Assembly: GCA_033442325.1 (NCBI GenBank)
Contig: JAWQFM010000027.1
Location: 478,271 to 542,270 of the forward strand
DNA length: 64,000 nucleotides
Direction of reading: 5' to 3'
Origin: Salpingoeca rosetta
Lineage: Eukaryota > Protista > Choanoflagellata
Shown: piece by piece, positions 1 through 14,140 of the stretch
Position numbering within the stretch: position 1 is the stretch's first letter
Layout of the letters: each line of letters starts with the position of its first letter
Made by a program: the position numbers and the translations under genes
The notes under the pieces: generated by a model
The model's database searches: none
What the model was told of the DNA's origin: nothing
The model's input: only the letters and a program-made list of their open reading frames with translations

Positions 1-127
1 AGCACGAAACCATGCAATGAAATGGGGAAACGTAGTGTAGTGGCGTCACAAGACACCGTCATCACCACCTTGATTCATTGTCTTGCTGTTGTTGCTGCTG
101 TTTGCTGTGGTTGCTGCGCATACATAG

Positions 128-1654
128 GGTGTGTGGGTGCGGCGTTTCAACTCGGATGGCAGCCACAACCAGAGTTTTGCGCTGACAGACCTGACGCCAC
201 AGGTGTGTTTGTGATCTTGTGATGGCGTGCTTCGTGTGCAATGTGCCGCGACTGCAGATTGATGTATCGCAGCTTGTATGCTGCGCCGACGGCTGCATTG
301 TATCGAAAGGCACTGAAGGCTACTTTCGAGTACATCGTCATTCCTTCTAACACTTGCTGTTGCTCTTGTTGTTGCTTGCACAAATGCACAAAACGCATGA
401 GCCTCATGAGCACTCACACCCACGACAACGCGACACGACCTTGCCTGCCTGCCTGCCTGCGTTCTGTGGCCACTCGCATGCAGTTGCTGTCCGTGATTTC
501 GCAGCAACAGGAGACGATCCAGCAGCTTTCGAGTGCCATTGACCAGCTCAACTCCACCAAGGTGTCGTTCCATCAGCTGGAAATTGACCTTGATGCTGTC
601 ACCACCAACATCGACTTTGCACGCCAAGCAGCCGAGATGAACGCTGCCAACGAGCGCAGCACTTTGAGCACAGCCATCGCTTCTTCCACCAGCACAACCG
701 TGGCATCTCTCAGCACGGTACACTGCCCTGCCTGTTCGCTTGTATTTCGTTTGTATTTCGCTTGTATTTCGCTTGTATGACATTGACTCGTGCAATGCCA
801 TATGAGTCCTTTCGTGTGCATGTGTCGACTGTTGTGGTGTTAAATACAAGCCCTCATGTGCGTGTGTCTGCAGCATGCTTCATCCAGTTCGCCTTCTGAC
901 TCTGCTGCTTGACCGCCATGCTTGCTTGTGCTGTAGGCTGTAGATATGGCGCTTGACACGAAAGCAAACACGCGGGAAGTGGAGAACAATCTCGGCGACG
1001 TTGTTGAGCACGTGACAAACCTTGAGGAAGCAGTCCTTGATCTGCAACACACCACCGGCAACCACACCGACGACATTGAGGCCCTTCTCGAGTGCGTCGT
1101 GTTGTGTGTTGTGTGTGTGTGTTGTGTGTCTGTGTGTGTGTGTGTGTGTGTGTGTCTGTCTGTCTGTCTGGCTAACTGACTGTCTGTGTATTCATGTTTG
1201 TGACAACAGTCATCATACACGAGTACACTCCCTCTTCCTACGCCTCACTGCACCCAACACCCCCCCCCCAATTCTCCAGGTGCATGCGGCGTGGCCTTGT
1301 GCACGATGATGTGACGGGGAGGTGCGTGCCTGCCTTCCGACACGACGACTGCTCGGCGCACATCGATCCCGCGGGCATGAGCGTCGACTGCACCAACGGC
1401 CCCATCTTCGACTCTGTGTGCACGCTCGTGTGCCCAAGCGGCTATGATGGTGGCGGCAAGTTCCGCTGCAACCTCACAGAGGGGTGGGAGCCGTATGAGG
1501 AAGGCGCGTCGCTGTGTCGTGACGTCGATGAGTGTTCGCTGACACCGTCGCCCTGTATGGGCACGTGCACCAACACCATCGGCTCCTTCGAGTGCTCCTG
1601 TCCTGGTGGTGAACTCGCTCCCAACGGCCGCGACTGCACACGTACGCTGCTCTG

Positions 1655-1743
<89 letters not shown>

Positions 1744-2058
1744 TTGTTGTCGTCGTCCGTACCGTGTTTGTGTGTGTGCGTGTGTTTGTGTACTCACACT
1801 TGCTTACTTGTCTGAGTCTGAGTGAGTTGTGCATGCACAGTATGATCGCTTCGCATCCAAGCTTTTGACTCACATTGACGCACAACGACACTCGTGGCGT
1901 ATGTGTGCTCGATTTGGCAGATTGCGTGCATCACGACCTTCAACTCCGCGCGAAACGATCATGTCACCTTTACTTTTGGCAGAAACAACGGCCATTCCCA
2001 GAGCAAGTCAGTGAGTACGTGTGTGCATGTACATGTGGGGATGTGTTCTGTGGTGCAG

Positions 2059-2103
<45 letters not shown>

Positions 2104-3410
2104 TGTATGTCCGTGACTTGCAGCACCGCATGCCAACCACAACCTAGCTCCCCCTCTTCTGCCCCCTCACTATCCCATCATCATTTGCAGCTGGGACAAC
2201 CAGGTGTATGATCAGAACACATACATGAACGACATCATCGTCACACAGAACGGCGACAATGCCGGTGCTTCCTATCACGGTAGACACATACGCGTATGAA
2301 AAGGGCGTGTAGTTCTGTGATTGTGTGATGTTGAGCGTGTGTACGTCTGCACGTGTACTTGGATTGTGTGTGTGTGTGTGTGCTTGAGATTGCGCGTGTG
2401 CAGGTCGGTATGTTTTCTCTTCATTTCCCGTCACGCTTCACACCATCCACACTCCTGCTCGCCCATTGTGCCACCGCAGGCCGCAGCATGGGCACGGAGA
2501 TCATCCCCATTGACCAGCACCGCGTTCTCTACTGGTGAGTGTGTGTGTGTGTGTGTTTGTGTTGTGTGTGTCTGTGTGTCTGTCTCTCTGTCTGCCTCTC
2601 TGTCTGTCTCTCTGTCTGTGTGTGCGTGCGCACATCAGTGTTGAGTGAGTTCACTTGGAACTCACCATTCACCTACTCATGTAATCCTTCATGCCGGCAC
2701 GTGTACACCACGTGTGTTGTATTCACACCATAACTCACTTCCTCTCTCTTTTGTCCTATTCTGCACGCCACCAGCCTGAGCATGGGCAAGAGCCGCGGTA
2801 CGGACTACGTGACGCTGCAGGTGTACGGGTACCTGACAGGCGAAGGCATCATCTCCACATCCCAGATCAGGAATGCGCGCATTGCAAGCAGCGGCGGGTT
2901 TTCGCAGCACAGCTTTGGCAAGCCCGAGTTCGTCCCAAGCCACGCTTGTAAGTCGTGTGTGTGTGTGTATGTGTGTGTGTGCCTGCTTTCGTGTGTGTGT
3001 GTGTGTATGTGTATGTGTGTCTGCAAGCATATGTGGGTGCCTGCTTTCGTGTGTGTGCTTGCTTTCGTGTGTGCTTGCAAGCACATGTGCATCCCTGCAA
3101 GCATAGATGCGTGTGAGGATTTCGCACGTTCGTGCACTCAGGCACCTTCCTACCATCCATCCATACGTCCGCCCGTGCATCCATGCAAAACTGGTTGACC
3201 TCACTCACGCACATCCCAACACATCACTGCCTTTTCCCAACGACAACAAGACGCCATCTTGGGCGCTGTGACGACGTTCGCCTCCACGCGTCGCGATCAC
3301 TACTCTGTTTCCATTGGCCGGTCCTTCAACCCGACATACAACTCATGGTTTGTACACGCCTGCATGTGCATGCTCACTTACAATGCACGTGTATTTCCAC
3401 TTTCACGCAT

Positions 3411-3451
<41 letters not shown>

Positions 3452-4264
3452 CTCACGTACTCACAGACTCACAAGGCACTTGCAAACTCACTTCATATGA
3501 CTCACCCTTGCGACTGCATCACATCAATCCATTTACGTCCACGTGTTTTCTGACACGACAGGGACAATGAGCCGTTTTCCACTTCAACAGACAGCGCCGC
3601 TTTTGCAAACTGTGAGGACACGGGCCGTGATGAGCACCTCCCCCCTCCAGTCGTGTTTGCATGCTCACCCTCACATGATCATACTTGCACACCCTCCATC
3701 ACCTTGGCGTGTTGACGCTCACGTGAACACAATTACACACGCGCGCACACACAATTGCGCGCACACACACACACACACGCACACACATATCGCCTTGGCA
3801 TGTTCTGTTGCCGCCGCCTTGAACTGTGCGCGTGTGCGTGCATGCAGATGTGCATCTGACGCACAATGGGGATGCGAGCGGGATGGACGACTACTACGGA
3901 ATGTCGCACGGTTCTGTGCTCTTTCCGACACTCAGCGGCGTAAGTTGAATACAGCGGCGATCATGATGTGCCACAGTCCCCGTCGCACATGCACGCCCAG
4001 CGCTTGCTTGCTTGTTTGCTTGCTTGCCTCTGCTCTGATTCACGCATGTCTCGTGTTCTCTTTGCGCTCACATACTCACGCAACTGTGCTTGGTGGCCAC
4101 CAATGATGTGTGTGTGTAGGGTGGATTTAAGGTGCTGAACAATCAAGGCTGGAACGGCGGTGGGACATCGTATTTCACGCTCCAGGTGTGGGATGCATGC
4201 ATGTGATTAGATGCTGCTGCTGAACCCTTTGTTGGACACCTGTAGCCCTCTTGTGACACACAAA

Positions 4265-4305
<41 letters not shown>

Positions 4306-4335
4306 ACACGTACACACACACACACGCAAATGCAC

Positions 4336-4375
<40 letters not shown>

Positions 4376-4803
4376 CCGCACTCACACACACGCACACATC
4401 CGCACGCTACACTCCACGTGACGATAGGTGAACGGGTATGTGCCTGGTGGCGGGTACTCCAACATCAAGTTCTTTGATCCGAGCGATGTGAAGCGGCTCA
4501 AGTTCACCGTGACCAACGCGCCAGTCAAGCACACGGACATCACACCCCCGGATACGGTGCCGTCGACGGCAAAGGCGCTCATCACGCTGCTGTACACGTA
4601 CCAGGACCGCTCGAATCTGGAGCATATGGTGCACTCGTTTGGCCGCAGCGCGTCGCATCGCACAGATCCCTGGGACAACGTGGTATATGCGGCAAACACA
4701 TATCTCAACGACATCCTCATCACACACGAGGGTGCGCCTTCCGCCACGTGGTACTACGGATTCTACCACCCGACCCAAGTCATCCCACTCAAGGTGCTCT
4801 CCT

Positions 4804-4838
<35 letters not shown>

Positions 4839-5179
4839 ATGTGTGTGTCTGTATCTGCGTGTGTGTGTGTGTATGTGCATGCATTTGTTGGATGGATCCC
4901 TCAATCTCATGTTTGCTCTTGAACATGTGTGTGCCAGTGACGTTTCAGGCCCTCGTGCTCCTAATTCCCTTGTTATCCCCCCCCCCCTTGCACTGCTCAA
5001 TCGGTCATTCTGCTCCTCTCCCTCACCAAACATCCCAACCCATTCACACACACATACACACGCGTTCACACGCGTGCGCATAGGAGAATGGGCAATTCGA
5101 GGCCTACCTTGGCATGGACAAATCCGGCACGCAGACACACTACATCACCATGTTTGTCGTTGGTTATGTTGACGCCTAA
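128..5179 (+). CDS. Extracellular protein (5' end outside window): coiled coil + Sushi/CCP-like + Ca-binding EGF + three tandem copies of an unassigned ~140-aa domain
   Basis: GT-AG exons ~128-202, 484-717, 938-1091, 1280-1641, 1921-2006, 2191-2279, 2480-2534, 2775-2947, 3251-3347, 3561-3611, 3849-3938, 4119-4185, 4428-4793, 5084-5179 (TAA). cb[30 protein letters not shown]; heptad segment [22 protein letters not shown]. One phase break between 1641 and 1921. Confidence 0.8.
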
Positions 5180-5308
5180 GTGCATCGACTCAAGCGTGCT
5201 GTTGCTGCCGCTGTTGCTGTTGTGTTACCTGCTGTTATCTGACGCAAGGAGTGTGTACGTTCACTCGCCCATTCTTCACTGCGCCTTCCCGTTTTGTTCC
5301 ATCTGTTC

Positions 5309-5355
<47 letters not shown>

Positions 5356-5865
5356 CTGTGTGTGTCTGTCTGTGCCCTCATTCGCTTCCTTCCTCCCCTC
5401 CTCATCGCTTCCTTCGTCTTACCGAATTTTATGAACGACACTGCATAAATTTCACCGTTGTCAACCGACAAGCAACAAGTTGAGCGAGTTGTTTGTGTTT
5501 GGTGTGTGTTGTTGGATGCAGACCCACCACATACATCCTTCACGCGCACACGTACACACACGTGGCCACAACAGGAGTCCACGCCCCCCCCCCCCCTCAA
5601 GGCATCAAAGGTAAGAGATGGCAAGCACGCACGCTGATACTTGATGAGCATGTGTCAGAGAGGATCCCAGAGAATGCAACAACCAGCCTCAAATGCTCAC
5701 ACATTCACATCACACACACACACACATGCACACACATGTACGCAACAGCACATGTGCACACCATCACCCAACGTAACTCACATGCACACGCTCCCAATGA
5801 TGCCCTAGCACTATGATTACAAGACGTGGAGCGCCACGTTTGCTGCCGTGAAAGATCCAGAGACC

Positions 5866-7750
5866 ATGAGCAGCTCCAACTACTACGACACACGCCCGAG
5901 TTTGGCAAGGCCAATCAACAACACCAGTTCCCACACAGCAGCAGCGCCACCCACGCGCCTGTATCCCTTGCATCGTAACACTAGCAGCCACGCCAGCATC
6001 CACAACGCCTCAACCACCCGCGGTAGCAGCAGCAGCAAGACGCGAATCACCGCACATTCAGGGACATACCTCGCCACCAACACATCCCCTTTGCTTCGGC
6101 AACGAAGCTCGACCACCACCCGTACAAGCAGCCCGCAATCGCACGTCGTTGGACGAGCCTCTGCACTACCGACAGGGCGGCACCAGCTCACATCCATCTT
6201 GCCTTCCAAGGGTGCGGGGAGCCGACCTTCGTATCGCGTGCCATCCCAAGCATCGCCGCCCTCCACATCATCTCTGTCGTCTTCGGCCTCGAGACACCGC
6301 CTTGCAAGCCACACGCGAAACGCTGCACCACCAGCGCCAGCGTCAACAGCCATAAAGGGCCGCCCAACATCGCCATTGGGTCGCAGTGTGAGCAGAACGA
6401 CAGCAACAGCTACAGCGTCAGCTACAGCTTCAACTGCAGCTACGCTTGCGACGGCTACAGCTGCGGGTGGTTCTTCAAACACAAACACAACCACCGCATC
6501 CTTGCCCTCCTCATCTTCATCATCCATACACCACCAACCGTCATTGCCACACCATTCACAACAACAACAACAACAGCAGCAGCAGCAGCAGCACCACTAC
6601 GACCAACAACAGCACCACGATGATGGTGGTGTATCTGCGGCGGGGCCCGGCCTCAACACAGCCCCCGTCCGCGGGCTGCGCAACATCGGCAACACGTGCT
6701 ATCTCAACTCCATCCTGCAATGCCTGGCGCACTGCCAGCCATTCCATGCCGCCGTGGCGTCAGCAGCATCGCCAGCAAAGGACGACGACGCATGCGGCAG
6801 CTCAATGCACTGTGGAAGAGGCATGACGAAGTATTCACTCGGCACGAAGCCAACAACAACGGCCATCACCAACAGCCCTGCGCGCGTGCTGGTGAAGGAA
6901 ATCAAAGGTCTGCTTGCTGACATGTGGGCTGATGCATCACGCAGCGATGCACACCTGTCACCATCATCGTCCTCGTCGTCAGCATCCCCGCAATCACAGC
7001 AATCACGGCATGCGAATGCCTACTACAACTACAACAACAACAGCAGCAGCAGCAGCAACAACAATAGTATGGGCAGGCGGCATGCATCACAGCGTCGCAC
7101 AAGCTCCTTCTCCACAGCCATTGCGCCCACGCGCATCAAGTCGCATCTTGGACGCGTCAACCCGGAGTTTGCCGGATTCCGACAGCAGGACGCACACGAG
7201 GCGCTCCAGTACTTGATCAACGCACTGCATGATGACATCAACTGCCCGTCGCTTCTTGTGCCGCAGCTGTCAGCTGTGGGGCGTTGTCGCGGCAGTGATG
7301 ATGGTGATGGTGATGATGATGTTGATGATGATGGTGGGCTGGGCTCTGCTGACGATGCTGAGGGTGATGACGATGGTGATGTGTTTGACGGTGACAGCAA
7401 CGTGGAGCACTACTCCATGACTGCCCCCACACCGTCCAATGGGGAAGATGGAAGCAGAAACAACAAAACGCAGCGCTTGGCACTGACACAGCCGCTGCCT
7501 GCAGGCAACACGTTGTCACGTGCAGGCGCACAGAAAGGTGTGTTGGTCCGTTTGATGAGAAGCAATGCGTGCTTGCGGCTGAGGTTGTTGTCATCTGAGT
7601 GCGCGTACGTACATGAGCAGGCCTTGCACAAAGTGATGCCACCACACATGTCAACGCACATGCACAACTCACTCACACTTGTACAAACCCACCCATGTAT
7701 ACTCACTCACACACGCACACACACGCGCACGCACACACACGCACACACAC

Positions 7751-7789
<39 letters not shown>

Positions 7790-9406
7790 CATATATTCAC
7801 ACACATTCACACATACAGCAAAGCGTGATGGCCGGCCCACATCCAACACGAGGCGGCAGGCTGGCCCGCGGTTTCGGGTGCAGCGGTGGCTGTCCGGTCG
7901 ACGCGAACGGCACTCCGCAGAACCGCACAGAGACCCGCGCCAGCACCAACGCGAACCACGACACCCATCCGCCCCACCACTGGCGACAATGGCAACAGCA
8001 GCAGCGGCGTCACGTGACGATGACGAGGTCGATGTGGGTGTAAGCATTGATGGCGACGGTGCCCCTACATCGCCATCACCACCACTACCACCGTCATCAA
8101 CATCAACAATGTCAGCGTCAGCGTCACGGCCACGGCCAACAACACGACGCAAAGCGGCTTCAACGGGCACAGGGTCGGATACGAAGCAGGGCAGCATCTC
8201 GCGACTGCGGGCCGTACAGCGACTGCTGCCCCGTCGGTCGCGCCCAACGTCGCACTCAACGTCGGCAGCACACGCGCCAGCACGGACAGCAGCAGCAGCA
8301 GCAGCAGCAGGTGTGCTGGCATCAGGGAACAAGGCAGGTGCTGTTGGTGGCAGTGGTGGTGGTGAGCGGAAGCGACAGCGTTCACAATCGAGGACGCCAT
8401 CGGGCGGCGCAGGTGCGAGTATGGGTATAACCCATCACAGCACCCATCATCCTCATCGAAGCGACGGAGAGAGTGGCAGAAGGAATGCCATCATGCCCAC
8501 AACACAGCTAACCACGCTGGAGCAACGTCGCGCGTATGTGAAAGAGCTGAGGGCGCTGATGGAGGCTGAGACGCGCCCGACAGCCAAGTTCCGCATGTGC
8601 CAGCAGCTGGCCGACGTGTTTGACCGCAGCAGCGTGTACGATGCCTTGCGCGGGTGGCTGCGGGTGCGCCGTCAATGCCTCGTGTGCAACCACACGGAGG
8701 TGCTGTTTGAGCACTTTCTCAACCTCTCCCTGCCGATTGTCGCCAACGCGCGCGCGCAGCACACGTACCGCCCCGTTAGTCGACGCCGTGTGCGTGGTGA
8801 CGACGGCAACAGTGGTGGCGGTGGGGTGACGCTGCCTCCTTTGCACGACCGCCCCCTCAGCTACAAACCATCCACTTCATCTCAGCCGTCCTTGCTCGAT
8901 TGCTTTGCGGCGTTCACGGCCACAGAGGTTCGTGATACATGTGTGTGTGTCTGTGTCTGTGTCTGTGTGCGTGTCAGTCTGTGTGTGTGTGTGTGTGTGT
9001 CTGTGTCTGTCTGTCTGTGTGTGTGTCTGTGTCTGTGTCTGTGTGTACCACTTGTTCCTGTGAAGGTGTGCGTCGACGTGTTTCAGTGCATGCTTGTGCC
9101 AGCACCTCTCGTCCAACTTAGGTGATCGCTCACGTGTAATTTGACCAACACCGTTTCCTTGCACTTCATTGCGTTGCCCTGTGCCGTTTTCTTGTCTGGT
9201 CTGCGCAGGAGTTGACGGGCGACAACAAGATCAGGTGTGAGCGGTGCAGGTGCAACCAGCCATCAGCACGAAGCTTTTCACTTCACCGACTCCCTCCCAT
9301 CCTCATCGTCCATCTCAAACGCTTCGAGTTCATGTGCGTCACAAGACGAGGGAAGAGGGGGGGGGGAGACGGAGGGCGGGTAGAATGCACTGTTGCTGTC
9401 ACATGC

Positions 9407-9450
<44 letters not shown>

Positions 9451-9665
9451 GCATACACGTGTGCTCCCATGTGTGTTGTGGCTTTACACAAAAGTGAAAG
9501 TAGCGCAACAGCATGCAGTTGCGTTGCGTGTCTTTGATTCGCCATCTTATCCACGTCTCACTTGCTCCTGTTTACATTAGTCAGCACCGAAGTCGCAAGA
9601 TTGACTCACCTGTTCATATCCCTTTTACCCTGGACCTCGCCCCTTTTGCTTCAGAGGTTGGTCTG

Positions 9666-9762
<97 letters not shown>

Positions 9763-10262
9763 ATATGCGCGTGTGTGTGCATATGCGCGTGTGTCTGTCT
9801 GTGCCTGCCTGTCTATCTGTCTGCACCTGCCTGTCCGTCTGTCTGTCTGCCTCCCCTCCCCCTTCCCCTATCCTCTCCCCATTCCCTTCCCCCTTCCTCC
9901 TCCCGCCTGACCATGTACCTCATCTGGCGTCCCTGGAACTTGTCTCACTTTATCTCATTCCAATCTCCGACCTTCCGTCCCCTCCCCCCCCCCTCTCTCT
10001 CTCTCTTCAACTTTCTTCATCTTTCTTCGTGTCCTGCTTTGCTCTTTCCCAGAGCGGTGAGGGCCACGAATATGAGCTGTGCGCCGCCACCATGCATGCA
10101 GGGTCCGTGCATGGTGGACACTACACAGCACTGTGTCGCCACCCGGTCAGCAAACAGTGGTTCAACTGCAACGATGCCTCCATCTCCACCATCGACACCC
10201 CGTCCCCGTCTCGCCTTCAACACGCCTACCTCCTCTTCTACCACCGCAGCAGGAGCATGTGA
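5866..10262 (+). CDS. Ubiquitin-specific protease (peptidase C19, USP2/8/21-like) with long low-complexity insertions
   Basis: Cys box GLRNIGNTCYLNSILQCL, QQDAHEAL, CLVC and CERC zinc pairs, LPPILIVHLKRF, His box HAGSVHGGHYTA..WFNCND. Exons ~5866-7537, 7819-8927, 9209-9333, 9581-9656, 10053-10262. Start codon tentative. Confidence 0.9.
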
Positions 10263-10384
10263 GCAGCAGCAGGGCGATAGTGTTGGCGCAGAGAGAAACA
10301 GCAGTGGCGCGTGTGGTTCCAATCCTGGCGGTTGTAGAAAACCTGTAAACGATTTCCTCATTTATTCCGCAAATTACGACATCC

Positions 10385-12267
10385 ATGTCATCGCAAACGC
10401 GTAAGCAGCAGCTTGTTGTGAATGTGGTGATGATGATCGTGGGTGGTTATGGGTGGTGGTTGTGAGTCGTCGTGCTGCCCGTGCGTATGCGCGTTCTCAC
10501 TCTGTGTGTGAATGTGGTGGCTGTGTGCAGTTCAACTGTTTCTGAGCAAGTACGAGTTTATCGGAACCCATCCGGACCTTCCCAACGGTGCATTTGGCCA
10601 AGTGCTTGAGTGCGTAATTCGTGCAACCTGTGTGTGTGTGTGTCTGTCCGTCTGTCTGTCTGTCTGCCTGTCTGCCTGTCTATGTGTGTATGTCTGTGTG
10701 TGTGTGTGTCTGTCTGTCTGTATGTATGTATGTCTCTCTAAATCTCTATCTCTCTCTCCCTCTCTGTCTGTGTGTCTGGCTGTCCACATGCCGGTGCTCT
10801 CCCTTCGCCATGTCCACCTGTCTGTATCCCTGTTCACCTCGCCCCGCTCATTCTGCCCAAACACCTGCCCCACCGCTTGCTTCAATGCACAGGTGTCAAC
10901 AACGAGGTCCTCGTGGAGTCCAACTCGCAAGCTCCCACCAAGAGCAAGAGCAACGTCGCAAATATGTTGTCAAGTGCATTGATTTCAACCGTCATTACCA
11001 CATCTGCCAAGCGCGTGGCCATGACATGAGCAAGTGCCCCGACAAGGAGCTGCAGCGCGAGTACGATCTCCTCATGCTCGCACAGGTACGGCACACAAAG
11101 AGCGCATTTGGAATGTGCGCCAGTCGTTGCTTGCCCGACTTGTGAGGGACAACACTTGCACGCCTTTTGTTTGCCCACCCACGAATGCTCCTGCCTTCCT
11201 TGACCTGACACTGAGCTGAGTCTCACCCCCGCTTGTGTTGTGCTGTTTGCGTCCGGTTGTGCTGTTTGTGTTCCTTTCACGGCCGGACAGAGCTGCCCGT
11301 ACCTCTGCAAGGTATGCTGCTGTGTTTGCTGCTGTTGATATGATGATGTGCCAGTGTTCTGTGTTTTTCCAATTGGAGCATGAACCTTTGCATGCAGCAT
11401 ACGCTTGCTCGTTGTGACAGTTTCGCGCGTTGTATCAACTCACCGCAGCCCGTGTTTGATTGGTTTGGTTTGCTGGCTGTACATTGTTCCTCCCACATCA
11501 GTGCATTGAGGTGCTGTATGTGCCTCATGACCACATGTACATCGTCATGCCACGCTACCAAGGAGACCTCCTCAAGGTCGGTGCATGTGGACACGCCACG
11601 TGGCACGTGGGGCGGTGTAGTGGTGGAGAGCTGTGGAGTTGGTTGGTTGTGGAAAGGAGTTGAGGAAGTAGTGGGACCAGCATGGCTGCTGTATGCTCAC
11701 GTTGTCACGTCGTGAATCTCTATTCTGTGTTCAGTTCATCGAAACGCACGAGCTGGCCCTGTCAGGTAAGCTCACTGCAATGCCGTGTTGTGCTTGCTTG
11801 CTCGCATGCATGCACACACATGCACACACACACACACTCTCTCTCTCTCTCGCACACACACACACACACTCTCTCTCTCTCACACACACCCACGCGCACA
11901 CACACTCTCTCTCTCGTATTATTATGGCAGACCTGAAGACGCTCGCGCGGCGGCTGTTGTGCGGGCTGGCATTCCTGCAGGAGCACCACGTCATTCATCG
12001 CGATATCAAACCAGAGAACGTGCTGCTCGACGGCACCGTCCACACCGCCGTGATTGCAGACTTTGGTGCGCTCACAGATGCTGCTGATCGCGTTGTTGTT
12101 GTTCTTGTTGTTGTTGTTGTTCTTGTTGTTGTTGTTGTTCTTGTTTCGGTCTTATTTCGGTCTTGTTGTTGTTGTTGTTTGTTGCTGTTGACGATGATAA
12201 TTCATGTGTCAGCAAGAGAACGATGGTGGACCTGCAACGCCGCTTGGCAATTCGCTCACCACGTGTA

Positions 12268-12353
<86 letters not shown>

Positions 12354-12519
12354 CTTTTAGGCTGCGGGCGACGCGTAACAGGATCGCATCCAACCGTCGG
12401 CATGGGAACACAGGTGCGGGTGTAATGCACACCGACCGTGTGTGTGCAGTTTGCAGGGCGTGTATGTTGATTGCGTATCGCCTGAAGGAACATTCACTCG
12501 TGATCACTCACACACACAC

Positions 12520-12571
<52 letters not shown>

Positions 12572-12910
12572 ACACACATACACACATACACACACATACA
12601 CACACCACAACGGTTTGGCGAGCAGCAATACCAGTCGCCTGAAATGATGACGGGCCAGCCATACGACCTGCACACAGATATGTGGTCGACAGGCTGCCTC
12701 CTCTACCTGGCAGCAACACGCCGCCTGCCGTTCCCAAGCTTCGAATTCGCCCTCACCCGCACCATTGATTTGGATGAAGTGGGTGATGCGTATGGTGATC
12801 GCACGTTCACACAGCTGCTCGATGCATTGCTGAGCATGCACCCGCACCACCGCCCACTCGCAGCAGATGCACTCATGCACCCCTTTGTCACGTCATCGTC
12901 GTCGTCCTAG
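10385..12910 (+). CDS. Ser/Thr protein kinase
   Basis: Nine phase-consistent exons: 10385-10400, 10531-10609, 10893-11085, 11291-11311, 11502-11576, 11735-11765, 11931-12065, 12361-12413, 12626-12910. Motifs PNGAFGQV, YVVK, HRDIKPEN, DFGCGRR..GTQQYQSPE, DMWSTG, HPF. Confidence 0.88.
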
Positions 12911-12935
12911 TGATGTGCATCTGCTTGTCGCCCGT

Positions 12936-12976
<41 letters not shown>

Positions 12977-13444
12977 CATATTGGCTGCCCGTTCCTTTGT
13001 TCCTTCCTTTGTCCCATCATTTCCCGTGGTTTCGTTGACCTTGCGTTTGCACTGAGGGGAACACATGTCTACTGCCAACAATAACTCTCCAACATCCACA
13101 ACAAGACAACACCACGAAACTGGAGGTTGGAAAAAAGCACCACAGGGATAGGAGGGCTCGCTTTCTTCACGACAACCACAGATACACACGCACAAACACA
13201 TACACCTTGCCGTTGCAAAGGCACGCCTGATAAGAACACAAAACCGACAGCGAGGGAGCAAACCTACACCATTACAAACAACCAACACCAATCACAACAA
13301 CATCAACTGCCACACACCCCCACAGGCTCTCACATAACAGTACACACAAACATCGAGCACAAGCAACAAACACAAGCTTCATGTACCCACAGAACGGAGT
13401 GCGCTCGTGCGTGTGCGTGTGTGTACGCGTGTGTATGTGTGCGT

Positions 13445-13653
13445 TTACTGGCCGGGCTCGCGAACGTCGTCAATCTTGAGGATCATCTTGACGAGCTGCG
13501 TTGCAAGGCTAATCTGCTGTTTCTTGCCAATCAGTGTCTCAAGCACATGCTGCTTCTTCATGTCTGCTCATCGGCAAGCAACACACGGCAACAAGCAGTG
13601 CAATCGCAATGATGAGTACAAGCAACCACCACGCTCAGCAACACACGGTTGTG

Positions 13654-13718
<65 letters not shown>

Positions 13719-13803
13719 TGGGGAAGCAGCTACAAATGCAAACAGAGCACCGGGGTGTAGCATCTTGTCTCACACAACCACAAGCAACAGCAAGAACAGC
13801 GCC

Positions 13804-13837
<34 letters not shown>

Positions 13838-14106
13838 CAGGCCAAACACGACAACCGGTGCACACATACCGCTGGTGCCCTTCTGCTGGCAGTCGATGCC
13901 GATGAAGGGGTTGTTCTCCTTCACCTGCGCAGACTTGGCGTTTGCAACTGCACCAAGCACCAGATGCATAACAGTGTTGTGAGTATCAAGTTTACGCCAG
14001 TTGACATGACGTGGTGGTGCTAGTTGGGGGTGATGCGACTTGAGCTGACAAAAGCACACAAGAGAGCATCGAGCGTTTGGCAACGACAAGCAAGCGCGCT
14101 ACACCG

Positions 14107-14140
<34 letters not shown>

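Noticed and set aside
12206-12261. Apparent kinase exon giving DFGVSKRT with a non-canonical CAT acceptor
   Set aside because: Canonical splicing 12065 to 12361 already yields a normal-length activation segment DFGCGRR..GTQQYQSPE.
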